Part shown: positions 30,093 to 40,591 of the stretch, piece by piece | Numbering within the stretch: the first letter of the stretch is position 1 | How the letters are laid out: every line of letters starts with the position of its first letter | Assembly: GCA_963802295.1 (NCBI GenBank) | Contig: CAWDIM010000005.1 | Coordinates: 93,780 to 157,779, forward strand | Length of the DNA: 64,000 nt | Origin: an uncultured Planctomycetota bacterium | Lineage (GTDB): Bacteria > Planctomycetota > Planctomycetia > Pirellulales > Pirellulaceae | Direction of reading: 5' to 3' | Notes under the pieces: generated by a model | The model's input: the letters and a program-made list of their open reading frames with translations, nothing else | What the model was told of the DNA's origin: nothing | Database searches by the model: none | Position numbers and translations under genes: made by a program

Positions 30093-30413
30093 ATGGCGAA
30101 AGCCGCAGCAAAGCCACCGACAAAGACCGAGATTATTACCAGCATCGCCGAAGCCGTGGACCTGTCCAAGAAACAGGTCGCGGCCGTGTTCGAAGCCCTG
30201 GCGGGCGAGATCCAGAAATCGATCGCCAAGCGCGGTGGTCCGGGTCAGTTCACTGTTCCCGGTCTGTGCAAGATCACGGTCCTGCGCAAACCGGCAACGA
30301 AAGAGCGCAAGGGAATCAACCCCTTCACGAAAGAAGAAACCGTTTTCGCCGCCAAGCCAGCGCGAAACGTCGTGAAGATTCGCCCGCTCAAGGGCCTCAA
30401 GGATATGGTTTAA
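30093..30413 (+). CDS. HU/IHF-family nucleoid-associated DNA-binding protein
   Basis: 106-aa ORF. TKTEIITSIAEAVDLSKKQVAAVFEAL...FTVPGLCKITVLRKPATKERKGINPFTKEETVFAAKPARNVVKIRPLKGLKD has the bacterial histone-like fold pattern, including the beta-arm R.G.NP.T. Confidence 0.9.
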   Translation: MAKAAAKPPTKTEIITSIAEAVDLSKKQVAAVFEALAGEIQKSIAKRGGPGQFTVPGLCKITVLRKPATKERKGINPFTKEETVFAAKPARNVVKIRPLKGLKDMV

Positions 30414-30464
30414 GGCAGTCCGCTGCCCCCATTCCTTTGGGTGCTTCCAGTACCGGAAACACGC

Positions 30465-30512
30465 CACTCACCCGTCACGCCTGACATGTCATGTGCGTTG
30501 GACGGGTGAGTG
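30465..30512 (+). terminator. 12-bp perfect stem hairpin downstream of HU (candidate terminator; weak U-tract)
   Basis: cactcacccgtc (30465-30476) pairs with gacgggtgagtg (30501-30512). The 24-nt loop is itself partly self-complementary (acgc...gcgt), and tcgttt follows. Confidence 0.35.
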
Positions 30513-30744
30513 TCGTTTATGACCGGTCCCTGGTCGCGGGTTCTGGTTGCGGACGGGCCCTTGTCTCGGACGGGGCTGATCGGCCTGATCAGCGCTTGAG
30601 TGCGAGTCACACTTGACTGGCGATTTCACCGAGGCGCGCGGACTGGGCGTCGCCGGCCCTGCAGCAGTCTGGCTGGGGCCTGACCATCGCGTCTGGAATG
30701 TCCACAATGGCGCATCCGGGATGTGGCGCTCGCGAGTTCCTGAC

Positions 30745-30774
30745 TGCGGATTGCCGCAATTGTGGCTTTTTTTT
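30745..30774 (+). terminator. Short GC hairpin followed by T8 (intrinsic-terminator-like)
   Basis: Either tgcgg-attg-ccgca or gccgc-aatt-gtggc can form the stem, followed by tttttttt (30767-30774). It lies about 350 nt after the HU stop, on the same strand. Confidence 0.4.
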
Positions 30775-31024
30775 CGACTTTGATATTGTCTGACGCGTGC
30801 AGATCGAGATGATTGCGTGTGGGCTTAGGCCGCCGCTGGTGGTCAGGGCCTGAAGGCTGGATTCGCAAGGCAAGATGCCATCCATTTCGCAAGGATTGTG
30901 AAAGCGGGGCAGGGAATCCAGCCTATTTTTTTTGCGCGGCGGGCGGCCGCATCTCGGACAGGACCTGGGAGTCAGCCAATGGCTTCCTCCCATGATGTCC
31001 TGGCATCTCGTTCGTCCCGTCTAC

Positions 31025-32296
31025 TCAGGTCTTCTGATCAAGGGCGACTGGCTGCGGTGCTCGCAGTAAACTGGCGACCACGGCTGCCAAGACCAGCAAG
31101 CCGGCTGCCAGATAGCACGATACCGTGAAAGACTTGTAGACGTCGAAGAGCTTGCCGGCCAACAGCGAGAGAGCGAAACCGCCGATTCCCCAGGCGGTGA
31201 ATACCAGGCCGTAGTTAACGCCAAAATTCTTCAGGCCGTAATAATCTTTGGTGACGGATGGATAGAGTGCCAGGTTGGCCCCGTAGTTGGCTCCGATCAG
31301 CGCGGAAATGGCTGCCAGCACGCCAACCGATGCCAAGGCCGATCCCTTGACCGAAAACGTCAGCAGTATCATCAGCAGCGCCTGAAACAGCAGGCAGCCC
31401 ACGATGGTGGGCTTGCGTCCCAGTCGGTCCGAGACCATACCGGCGATGATCCGTCCGGCACCGTTGCCGATGGCCAAGGAAGCGACCAGGACAAACCCCA
31501 GCTTGACGCCAGCCTGAGTGTCGGCAATGGCCGCCAGTTTGGCAATGATCATCAGGCCGGCGCCGGCGCCGCAGGCGTACATGAACCACAGCAGGTAGAA
31601 CTGGTTGGTACGCAACATCTCGGTGGGTGAAAAGTCCTCTTTCCTGGGCGCCGCCTTGCTCGCGGCGGGCAGGGTTCCCGCTGGAACGTAACCGGCCGGC
31701 GGAATGCGCAACACCTGAGCGAGTCCGACGACGACGATGAGGAAGGCTGTGCCGAGGATCCACATCGCGCCGGGGACACCCCCCTCTTGCTTGACGAGCC
31801 AATTGGTTAACGGCGCGGCATAGACCGATGCCAGACCGAAGCCGGAGACCACGATGCCGGCAATCATTCCGGTCCGCGCGGCGGGGAACCACTTGACTGC
31901 CGGTGGGGTGGCCGACGCGTACCCGAATCCGATTCCGGTGCCGGTGAGCACGCCGAAGCCGAGCATGTAGTAGAGACAGTCGGTGCCGCGACTGGCCAGG
32001 ATCATGCCCAATCCGGTGAGGATTCCGCCGAGCGTGGCCACCAGGCGAGGGCTGAATTTGTCTTGCAGGCGACCGGCGGGAACCATCATCAATGAAAAGA
32101 CCAAACAGCAGATCGAATAAGGCAAGGACTTCTCTTGTTCCGTCCAACCCCAATCCGCCGGTATCGCTTTGCTGATCACACTCCATGTGTACAAAATACC
32201 CAGCGCGAGATTGATCCCCAAACTGGCCAGTACCACCGTCCATCCGCGACTCATTAATCGTCTCCTCGTGCTGTGTGCTGCAAAAGACATCCGCAC
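31025..32296 (-). CDS. MFS transporter, oxalate/formate antiporter (OFA)-like
   Basis: The 423-aa ORF has about 12 hydrophobic helices. The N-terminus RGWTVVLASLGINLALGILYTWSVI and the overall pattern resemble the OFA subfamily. An alternative start lies at 32254 (MSRGW). Confidence 0.8.
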   Translation of the reverse strand: MRMSFAAHSTRRRLMSRGWTVVLASLGINLALGILYTWSVISKAIPADWGWTEQEKSLPYSICCLVFSLMMVPAGRLQDKFSPRLVATLGGILTGLGMILASRGTDCLYYMLGFGVLTGTGIGFGYASATPPAVKWFPAARTGMIAGIVVSGFGLASVYAAPLTNWLVKQEGGVPGAMWILGTAFLIVVVGLAQVLRIPPAGYVPAGTLPAASKAAPRKEDFSPTEMLRTNQFYLLWFMYACGAGAGLMIIAKLAAIADTQAGVKLGFVLVASLAIGNGAGRIIAGMVSDRLGRKPTIVGCLLFQALLMILLTFSVKGSALASVGVLAAISALIGANYGANLALYPSVTKDYYGLKNFGVNYGLVFTAWGIGGFALSLLAGKLFDVYKSFTVSCYLAAGLLVLAAVVASLLRAPQPVALDQKT

Positions 32297-32548
32297 CGAA
32301 ATTGGTCCAACAACGCACCTTTCTGCGCCCGGTTAGGAGCCGACTCCGGACTTGATGATATCGCCCTGCACGCCGCGGCGAAATCAGGGAAAACGAAATA
32401 TGCCCGGAAAGTGGGCCTCGAGGGACTCGCGGTCCGGCGAAGTGGGGTCGAGACAAGCGGGAGGCAAATTCGTAGCCGAGCTCGCCAGACTTCAAGCAGC
32501 GCCCGAATTCCAGCCGAAGTCGGCTCCGGAAATGCGTTACAGCGTTGG

Positions 32549-35500
32549 TTAGAGCGGTTCGCGGCGCGGTTCGCCTGAGCGGGCCCCCAGATTGCCGTAG
32601 CGGTGGTAATCGACACAAACGCTTTGTTCGCGGACGTACCAGAGCAGTTCCACTCGCCCGTTCATGAGCACCGGTGCATCCGCGATATACAGACAATGGT
32701 CGTTGGCCGCTGCGCGAATCGACGTCGGAACGCGCTCCGCAGCGGCGTAGCGGAGGCGGTCGGTGTGTTGGAGCCGCACGACCTCGGCCACCGCATCGTC
32801 CGACTCCTCCACGAACTCAATCGAGCCCGCCCAGTTGCCGGTTCGCTGCTCGAGCCGATCCAGGAGTGTCGATTCGAAACGCAACGGGCGACTCACGGTC
32901 ACGCGGCAACCGGCGGTCCGAGCCGCACAGATGCGCGCCAGGATTTCGAAACAGGTGTCTTGGGGATGCACGCGAATGCGCAGTTCCTTAACCGGCAGGT
33001 ACCGGCGGAAGTTGTCCTGGCCGATCAACTGGAAGTCGTCGTGCTGACAGCCGAATTCGTTGTCCATCGCCCGTTGGTAACTGTGCATGGCAGCCACGAT
33101 CCGTTGGCGTTGATCGGCGCCGCAGACCGTTTCGGACTGGGTCAACTCAGGCAAGTGAGCGACCAGATCGGCCAGCTGCGGAGCGAGTTGACAATCCCGC
33201 TGGCCCGAAATCTCGCTGTCACGAATCTCACTGTCGCGGAAATGCATCAGCTGGGCCACGTAATTCGGGCCCCCCGCCTTGATGCCCGGGCCAAACGCCG
33301 ATTTGCCCATGCCGCCGAATGGCTGACGCAGCACGATGGCGCCGGTGGTGGAACGGTTCACATACAGATTGCCGGCCTGGATCGAGTCGATCCACAAGCG
33401 CTGCTCGCGATCGTCGAGGCTTTCAATACCCGACGTGAGGCCGAATCCGGTTTGATTCACCAGGCGAATGGCCTCCTCCAGATTCTTGGCTTTCATGACG
33501 GCGAGCAGCGGACCGAAGAACTCGGTCATGTGCGTGAAGCTGCCCGGTTGCACGCCCCACTTCACGGCGGGGGTGACCAGGTGGGGATTGTCGTCCCGGA
33601 AATGTGGCATCACCGCCCAGGACTCGCCCTCTTCGAGTTCCTTGAGTCCTGTTTCGAGCACGCCCGCGGCGGGGCGGATCAGGGGGCCCATTTTCGTGCG
33701 CAGGTCCCAGGCCGACCCGACCGGGATGCTCTGCACGGCATCGCACAGCGTGTGGCGAAAATTCTCGTCGTTGTAGATCTCCTCTTCCAGGATCAGCAGC
33801 GACGTGGCGGAGCATTTCTGACCGCTGTGGCTCAGTGCCGAGTGCAGGATGTTCTTGATCGCTTGATCGCGATCCGAGAGCATGGTGACGATGGTGGCGT
33901 TCTTGCCGCCGGTTTCGGCCAGCAGTCGAAGCTGCGGCTTCTGGCGGAGCATTTGGAGAGCGGTTTCGGTGCCGCCGGTCAAGATGACCACGTCGACGTC
34001 GTCGTGGGCCACCAGCTGCTGGCCTTCCCGCGCCGGAACAGGGAATCAGTTGGAGAGTCTTGCGGGACACGCCGGTGCGCCAGAAACACTCGCACAGCAT
34101 GTGAGCGGTCAGCACGGTGTCCGAGGCGGGCTTGAGAATGACGGTGTTGCCGGCTGAGAGTGCCGCGGCTACGCCGCCGCACGGGATCGCGATCGGGAAG
34201 TTCCACGGGGATACGACGACCACCACGCCCCGGGGTGCGACGGCCAGGCCGGGGAGCGATCGAAAGTCGTCGGCCGTGCGCAGGTAAAACTCGACGAAAT
34301 CCACCGCTTCGGACACTTCCGGATCCGATTCAGCCAGTGTCTTACCCCCTTCGGCCAACGCGATTCCCATCAGGTCGCCGCGCGCGCTGCGCAGCTGCTG
34401 GGCCGCCTCGCGCAGAATGGCCGACCGCCGCGCGCGATCCATGGTCCGCCACCCGTCTTCGTCGGCTTTCGCGCAAGCCACCGCTCGTTCGATGTCTTCC
34501 CCATTGGCCTGACGATAGCGACCGATCACGACGCCGGGACGCGACGGATCGGTCGATTCCACGACCCGCCGTTGCTGTGAAATCGTCTCGCCGGCGATCT
34601 GCAGGGGGAGATCGGTCGGTTGCTCGAGCGTCTGACGCTGCCAACGCTGCACCAAATCCTGGGCCCAGCGGGCATTCTGTGTCAGCGCCCAATCGGTATC
34701 GGGTTCGTTCTGGAACTGCTGCCACGGTGTGTCGGGGGCCATGAGAGGGCCCGACGGCTGATGCCGATCTTGCGTGCGACGCGGAGCGTCGGAGACGGTC
34801 TTTACCAGTTCATACGACTCGACGAATTTCTCCTCCAAGCGCTGCCAGTCCGGACTTCCCACTTCCAGTTTAAAGGCGTGACGCAGGAAATTGTCTTCGC
34901 CCGTGTTCTCGTCCAGACGCCGCACGAGGTAGCCGATGGCGTGAATGAAATCTTCCCGCGTGCAGGCCGGCGCGTAGAGCAGCAGGCTGTTGCAGACCTC
35001 CAGCAACGCGCGCCGTTGGTGATTGGCCATCCCTTCAAGCATTTCGAATTGAAGGTAGGGGAAGAGGTGGTGTTCCACGGCCTGGACCAGGGCGAAGGAG
35101 ACTTCAAACAGATTATGCGAGGCGATCCCCAACCGCACCGCCTGCAGGTTCTCGAGCTTGAGTCCTTCGAGGAGCATGCGTTTGAAGTTGGCATCCGTTT
35201 CCAGTTTGGATTTGTAGGGAGCCTGCGGCCAGCCGCGGAGCGACGCTTCGACCCGCTCCATCTCCAGATTCGCACCCTTCACCAGGCGGATCACGATCGG
35301 CTGGCCACCGTGCGCGACGCGCTCCTGCGCCCACTGATTCAACTGAAGCTGGGTCCGGTACGAGTCGGGGATATACGACTGCAGCGCGATGCCGGCCGCC
35401 GCCTGCTGCATGCCGGGCCGGTCGAGCGATTTCATGAACGCTTCCGCCGTGATGCTCATGTCCCGGTACTCTTCCATGTCCAGGTACACGAACTTGGGGA

Positions 35501-36263
35501 CTTCCCGGCCGTCGGCGTGGCGGAATCGTGATTTCAGGGCGGCACGATACAGCAGTTCGAAGCGGTCGGCCAGCACGTCGATCGAATGTTGCCGGGCCAG
35601 CGGCCAGATTTGCGAAAAGATCGTCGAGATTTTCACCGATATGACTTCGATCTCCGGACGCTGCAGCGAATCGAGGTACCGCTTCAGCCGCTGTTCCGCT
35701 TCGCCCTCGCCCAGCAGCGCTTCACCCAGGATGTTGACGTTCATCCGCACGCCCTCTTCCGTGCGTCGCGTCAGATGCTTGGCCAGCAAATCCCGCTCGG
35801 CCGGCAAGATCACGTTGGCCGTTTCGCGGTGCATGTACTCCTTGACCATCGGCACGGCTACGCCGGGCAGGTAGCTGCCGAACGATTGAAAACCTTTCAG
35901 GGCGGCACGCTCCAGGGGCGAGAAGAATCGGGGCACGCCCTGGATGTCGAGCACGTGAGTCAGTTGATCGGCAACTCGATAGGGCGCTCGAGCGCGGAAG
36001 GCCTGATCGGTGATTTGCATCAAGGTCGACTTGTCCTCGGGACGCTGCATCATGCGATCCAGTTCCGCCTGCTGCCGCCGCTCCTGGGGCGTCTGCAGCT
36101 CGGTGGCCCGCTGCTGCAGCACTCCGGTCAGATAGACCGTCTTCTGGACCGCCAAGGGCAACTGGCTGTTGAGGTCCCTCTGGAACTGGTTCAGCACGGC
36201 TTCGAGGCCCGCTTGCAGGGCCTGGGCAAGTTTGTCTGGCATGGGAGTATCGTCTTCGCTCAA
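32549..36263 (-). pseudogene. putA: Bifunctional proline dehydrogenase / L-glutamate-gamma-semialdehyde dehydrogenase (PutA), one frame break
   Basis: ORF 33423..36263 carries the PRODH barrel (VRMNVNILGEALLGE, YLDMEEYRD, VIRLVKGAN) and the start of the ALDH domain (VVVVSPWNFPIAIP...TLQLIPCSG), then turns to nonsense. ORF 32549..34012 resumes with AHDDVDVVILTGGTETA...ETGGKNATIV...GQKCSA. Removing one C from the ccc run at 34027-34029 would give CSGAEGQQLVAHDDVD. Confidence 0.85.
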
Positions 36264-36551
36264 AGGGACACGGCAATCACGCGACAGGGCGACATCGGAT
36301 CGCGATTATAGGTGATGGACTGTCGGGGCGAAAGAAATGAAACGAATAGCCCTTTTCGCGGGCTAGGGGCAGGCTGGTGCGGCTGTGCCGGCTCCATGAA
36401 ACGCACCGCTTACAGGGCGAGTTGGTCATTTCTGATTTGATTCGCGGCACCAGGCGCACCGGGCGACGGCGGAAATGAAATGACCGGTCAAGAAACAGCG
36501 AAGCCGCTTGTCGTCGCGTGACGTCGATCGACACGCACGGCGACAAACGGC

Positions 36552-36626
36552 CGGCAGTGGTCAGGGGCGGGGTCGAACCGCCGACACTCGGATTTTCAGT
36601 CCGATGCTCTACCAACTGAGCTACCT
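36552..36626. repeat. Left 75-bp direct repeat (attL-like) of the tRNA-Phe island
   Basis: The sequence is identical to 50361..50435 (cggcagtggtcaggggcggggtcgaaccgccgacactcggattttcagtccgatgctctaccaactgagctacct). Confidence 0.9.
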
Positions 36627-36630
36627 TCAC
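36558..36630 (-). other. Displaced tRNA-Phe copy with a disrupted acceptor stem (non-functional remnant)
   Basis: The 3' 69 nt are identical to the tRNA at 50367..50439. The 5' end reads GTGAAGG instead of GGTCAGG, which gives 3 mismatches against the 3' strand CCTGACC. Confidence 0.8.
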
Positions 36631-37280
36631 TGAACAAACCGCGAAATCCTCGGGGAATACGACGATTTCTGCTTGTGCGGGGGCAAATGCGGGGGCAATT
36701 GAAACGAAAACTGGCAGCCCGGACCCCGACCTGCGGGCCATCATCGACGCATGGCCGGCCCTGCCCGAAGCGATCAAGGCCGGCATCCTGGCGATGGTCA
36801 AGGCGGCACGGTAGCGGTGGTGAGGGATGACCATGACCACAGACGCGACTCGGCCGGAAAACGATCCGGATGGGGGCGGTCATGGGGCCCCCCACGCGAG
36901 GTATGTACGTTCGACCAGACCCCCAAATGGGCGTCACAATGGGTAAGCGGCTCGGCCGGGCGCTGGGGCGCGTGTTCGTGGACGTGGACGGCGACAACAA
37001 GCCATCGACCAGGATGCCCACCGCGCCGGCTACTGGCTGCAGGGGACGGGTACGGCCCCTTCCCGAACAGGGGAACTGGACGCCTCACGCGCGTGCGCGC
37101 GCGAGGTGCTTGCGGAATGGCCGAATTGCGTTTTTCGACTTCGCATCAAGTTGCGATCAGCAACCGGCCGGGCACAAATCCCACGGTTTTGGCATTCTTC
37201 CTGGGCGCAAGGCCGCGAAAAATTACAATGCAGGCAGGTGGGCGAGGGGGTATCTATTTCCTCGGGGAGAGAGCGGAAAC

Positions 37281-37810
37281 ATGGCGAGTAATATGGGACC
37301 GAGTGAGGGAGTAGGGCAACCGGAATCAGGGGCTTTGGCCGACACTGCCGAAATCCTGGCCGGTCTGTGTCAGCGGGTGGCGGATTTGGAGCGCCGCTTG
37401 GTAAAGAAGCGACCGGATACCAACGCCCGCCGCATGACGCGACTTGACCGTTGCCCGTTCGGCTGGCGGCCCCACCCGAAAAACCCGGCGGTGTTGATCG
37501 AGGATCCGATGGAGCAACGGACAATCTTCCGTTTGACCGAGCTGGCTCAAGACCCCAAAGCTTCGTATCGGGAAATCTGCCGCCGGCTCGATTTGGTCGG
37601 ATGCAAACGGCGTGGCGGGAAGAAATGGGCCGGGCGCACGGGCTGGTGCGCTCGATCTTGCGACGGGAGGGTATCCTAACCCCGGAGGATGCGAGGGCTG
37701 CCGTTCAGCGGCGGATTGCGGAGGCGAAGCGCAGGGCCGGAAACAAGTATATCTCCCTGAGACCCTCAGCGACGATGAGGCACGGGCGCGGGCAAGGGGC
37801 GAACGGCTAG
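37281..37810 (+). pseudogene. Recombinase-domain-only protein (serine-recombinase 'Recombinase' domain without the resolvase catalytic domain), one frame break
   Basis: From the ATG at 37281 it reads ...CPFGWRPHPKNPAVLIEDPMEQRTIFRLTELAQDPKASYREICRRLDLVGCKRRGGKKW, then shifts frame. ORF 37451..37810 continues AHGLVRSILRREGILTPEDARAAVQRRIAEAKRR. The break lies near 37621-37640. Confidence 0.5.
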
Positions 37811-37988
37811 AGTGTGGCCGCTAGGTGACCCGCTTGCTGGGCCGGGCCGCCCACCAACACGCCGCAGCACGTTGAAGATTCAGCCCCCTCTGGCGTATTA
37901 GTTTGATTGCTTCTGGTATCCGGCAGGAGTAGGGTGGTGCTGGCTGGGTTGGTGCGACAGCGGTGCGAGGGTCCACTAGCTGGAAGAG

Positions 37989-38768
37989 GTGAGCTATGAG
38001 CGCGTTGTTCTTGGAATGGCTACAGTGCTGCTGGTTCTCGCTGCTACTGCTGAAGTCGGCCGTGCTAGTGTGCTATGGCACAACGGAGATTTCGACAACA
38101 ATACGGGACTAATAAACGTTAGATACTCCAATGATCTTAATGACCCTAATAGAGGCGAAGCTGATGGGGTTTTCGATGACTTTGTAGTCTTTGGTGGTGG
38201 TTGGAATATTACGGACGTGTACGTGGATGTGATTGTGCCTAGAAGCCCAATGAATTTCATGGGTGCAGATTTCGAAATCCGTTCTGGAGTAACTGAGGGG
38301 GATGGTGGTACGTTGGTTCAGTCTGGAATGGGGCTTACCGCCACTTATACGGCAACTGGCGAATGGCAGGACTACGTTGGCAATGATTATGATCGATACA
38401 ACATTCTCATTTCTGATCTAGACTTCTCGCTCGCCGATGGAACATATTGGCTGATGGTACGCCCGGTGAGAATTGACCCAGCGGGAAACGCTGTCTTTGC
38501 TTTTGCATCAACGACAAGCGGCGCGAATGCAATTGGCATTCCAGCCGGCAACAATGGGAATTCGTTCTTATACGCTTACGGCGGGTGGTATAATTTCAGC
38601 GCTGAGTATTCCTACCTCGATTTTTCGATGGGGATCAGCGGCACGCCATCCTCGGTCGTCCCCGCCCCCAGCACTCTCACCTGCTTGCTCGGCGTTGGCG
38701 TGATGGTGTTCGGGATGGAGTGGTGGAAGAAACGTCGGCTCGAACGCCGAACGAGGGCCGCGGCGTGA
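37989..38768 (+). CDS. Secreted protein with PEP-CTERM-like C-terminal sorting signal
   Basis: 259-aa ORF with a signal peptide (MATVLLVLAATAEVGRA). The C-terminal VPAPSTLTCLLGVGVMVFGMEWWKKRR has the PEP-CTERM architecture (motif, TM helix, basic tail). The gene is more AT-rich than the flanks. Confidence 0.7.
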   Translation: MSYERVVLGMATVLLVLAATAEVGRASVLWHNGDFDNNTGLINVRYSNDLNDPNRGEADGVFDDFVVFGGGWNITDVYVDVIVPRSPMNFMGADFEIRSGVTEGDGGTLVQSGMGLTATYTATGEWQDYVGNDYDRYNILISDLDFSLADGTYWLMVRPVRIDPAGNAVFAFASTTSGANAIGIPAGNNGNSFLYAYGGWYNFSAEYSYLDFSMGISGTPSSVVPAPSTLTCLLGVGVMVFGMEWWKKRRLERRTRAAA

Positions 38769-39202
38769 GGTTTTGCAATCCCTCGCCGTCTGGTCAATCC
38801 TCTGCAGTGCCGGTTTTCTGATCGTCAGGCGGAGAAGACGACACGCCTGAAGAATCATCCGCCCACCAACACGCCGCAGCGGCCGCCACGAGTCGCCAAA
38901 AACTGCCGCAACTCATCTGGATCGGCGGCGCAGCACCGCTGCCATGATGGCGGCGCAGGCCTGTTGAACCTGGGGATCGGTCACGTCGATGGGGTGTTGT
39001 TTGGTGTCCATACAAGGTAATCACCAAACAGGCCCGAAAACCCTCACGAAGTTTGTCAAATTTTCCGGATTTCCCCCACCGTACCGGACACCTTCCGGGG
39101 ATCGCTAGTTGAATTGCCCTTCTGCGGCTAGTAAGGTGGCCTGCAACAATCGTTGCATAGTCCACTTTCGGTGCTGGATGTGTAACTGCGAGGGTTAATA
39201 AA

Positions 39203-39649
39203 ATGTCCTACGGCACAGGACGAACCGAGCCGCCTCCGGAACCGCCACCATTCATCATTGACACACCACCCCCTCGTTCTCGCCGGCGGTACAAGAAACG
39301 CAGACGGCAACCTAACAAACTCATTCTGATAGTGCTTCCGGTGTTCGCCATCTTTCTGTTACTTGTTGTCGCCAGTGCTCTTATTCAGGCGAGCAAGAGC
39401 CCTGCAGAGAAATTCCTTGACGAAGCTCGAGTGCATGCACGTATGGCTGTGCTTGAACGACTGAAACACCCCGACGATGCTGAATTTGTCGAGGTTGTGG
39501 CCAAGTACTCGGACAATAACCCGGACATTGTTCTAGTTGGCGGCAGAGTGCGTGCGGTGAATTCTTTTCGGGCACATTCGCAATTGCCGTTTCTGGTCCG
39601 CATCTCCAGAAGTAAGCGAACCATTCTCAGTGTTCAACTCGAGGAATAG
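39203..39649 (+). CDS. Hypothetical membrane-anchored protein
   Basis: 148-aa ORF. It has a proline/arginine-rich N-terminus, one TM helix (LILIVLPVFAIFLLLVVASALI), and a globular C-terminal part. No family was recognised. Confidence 0.45.
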   Translation: MSYGTGRTEPPPEPPPFIIDTPPPRSRRRYKKRRRQPNKLILIVLPVFAIFLLLVVASALIQASKSPAEKFLDEARVHARMAVLERLKHPDDAEFVEVVAKYSDNNPDIVLVGGRVRAVNSFRAHSQLPFLVRISRSKRTILSVQLEE

Positions 39650-40017
39650 TGGCTCACCATTTCATTCCTGCCCCGCAATCGCTTCGGGGAACCGAATTGC
39701 AGCACCGCACAAAACCCAGCCAGTCGGCACGCTGGCCTGTGAATGACGACAATCGGGGTGTTCGCCCAAGTGCTCATGCTGGCTGCCTTACCTCCCTGTG
39801 TCAGGACGGACGGACTGTGGCTGGGAAGCGCGAACATGGGGTGGGAAACCGCAGGACGTCCGATTTAAGAAGGCTCAAAAATGGGGGGTTAGGGGTATCG
39901 CTCGGGTGCCACCGTCTGCCGGGCTCCTAACCTCCAGACTCGAACCCTCATATCTCAAAACTCGCGCAATCAAACAGGCGTGCTGCGAATCGGTATACCA
40001 ACCAGATCCCTGGAACA

Positions 40018-40591
40018 TTACCGCCCACTGCCCGTCCGCTCAGCCAGCTCGGCCGCTCGCTGCCGATACGCTCTCTGACGGCACGCTGACGAGCAATATC
40101 TCGAATCGCTGCGAAAGGTGCTCGAATTGCTCGCCGCAGCAATCGCACGTCGCCTGCGGTGCCGTTCGTTCAGCACGTCGCCTTTCGCGTTTCCGCCTCT
40201 CGGTATCCTTTCGACGCACCGCAGCACAGTAGCAGCAGAATCGACACTCTGGCCCCTTCCAATGCGACCAGATAGGCCGCCCACTGCTGGCATTCGCGGA
40301 ACCTCGGCCGGCAGAACTCAAGCTTCTCAGTCTCGAAGTCGCGTAGAAGCGGTCTTTCTCCGAACGACTGTTGATCCAGAACCCCAGAAAAACGAGCAAT
40401 CCGCTCAATATAATCGCGGCGGAAAGAACCAGTGTCGGCAAGGGTAACCGTCCCCAAATGGATTTCCCTGCGTTCGCGGCAATCGGTGGTGGTGAGTGAT
40501 CCATTCTGCAATGCCCTCGTGATCTGGCGTCGTTTAACCCTCGCTCAAACCCGGCGGCTGCGGCTGGTCGTACTGTTGGGCTGTATGGCAC
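40018..40591 (-). pseudogene. Decayed hypothetical gene ending in a CxxC...YCSxxCRQRAYRQR zinc-ribbon-like tail
   Basis: Frame A reads ...CRFCCYCAAV...TCDCCGEQFE. Frame B continues TFRSDSRYCSSACRQRAYRQRAAELAERTGSGR*. The break lies near 40113-40125. The upstream part is ambiguous between two frames. Confidence 0.3.

Noticed and set aside
36558-36630. Second functional tRNA-Phe gene
   Set aside because: The 5' acceptor strand (GTGAAGG) mismatches the 3' strand (CCTGACC) at 3 of 7 positions. This is the displaced att-site copy created by island integration.
37989-38020. Frame break at the start of the first PEP-CTERM gene
   Set aside because: The ATG homologous to the paralog's start is out of frame, but an in-frame GTG at 37989 preceded by ggaagagg gives an intact ORF. 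The gene need not be broken.
39880-39960. tRNA-like fragment (…ctccagactcgaaccctcat…)
   Set aside because: The TTCGAGT-like loop has no complementary T-stem flanks, and no acceptor or anticodon arms can be drawn.
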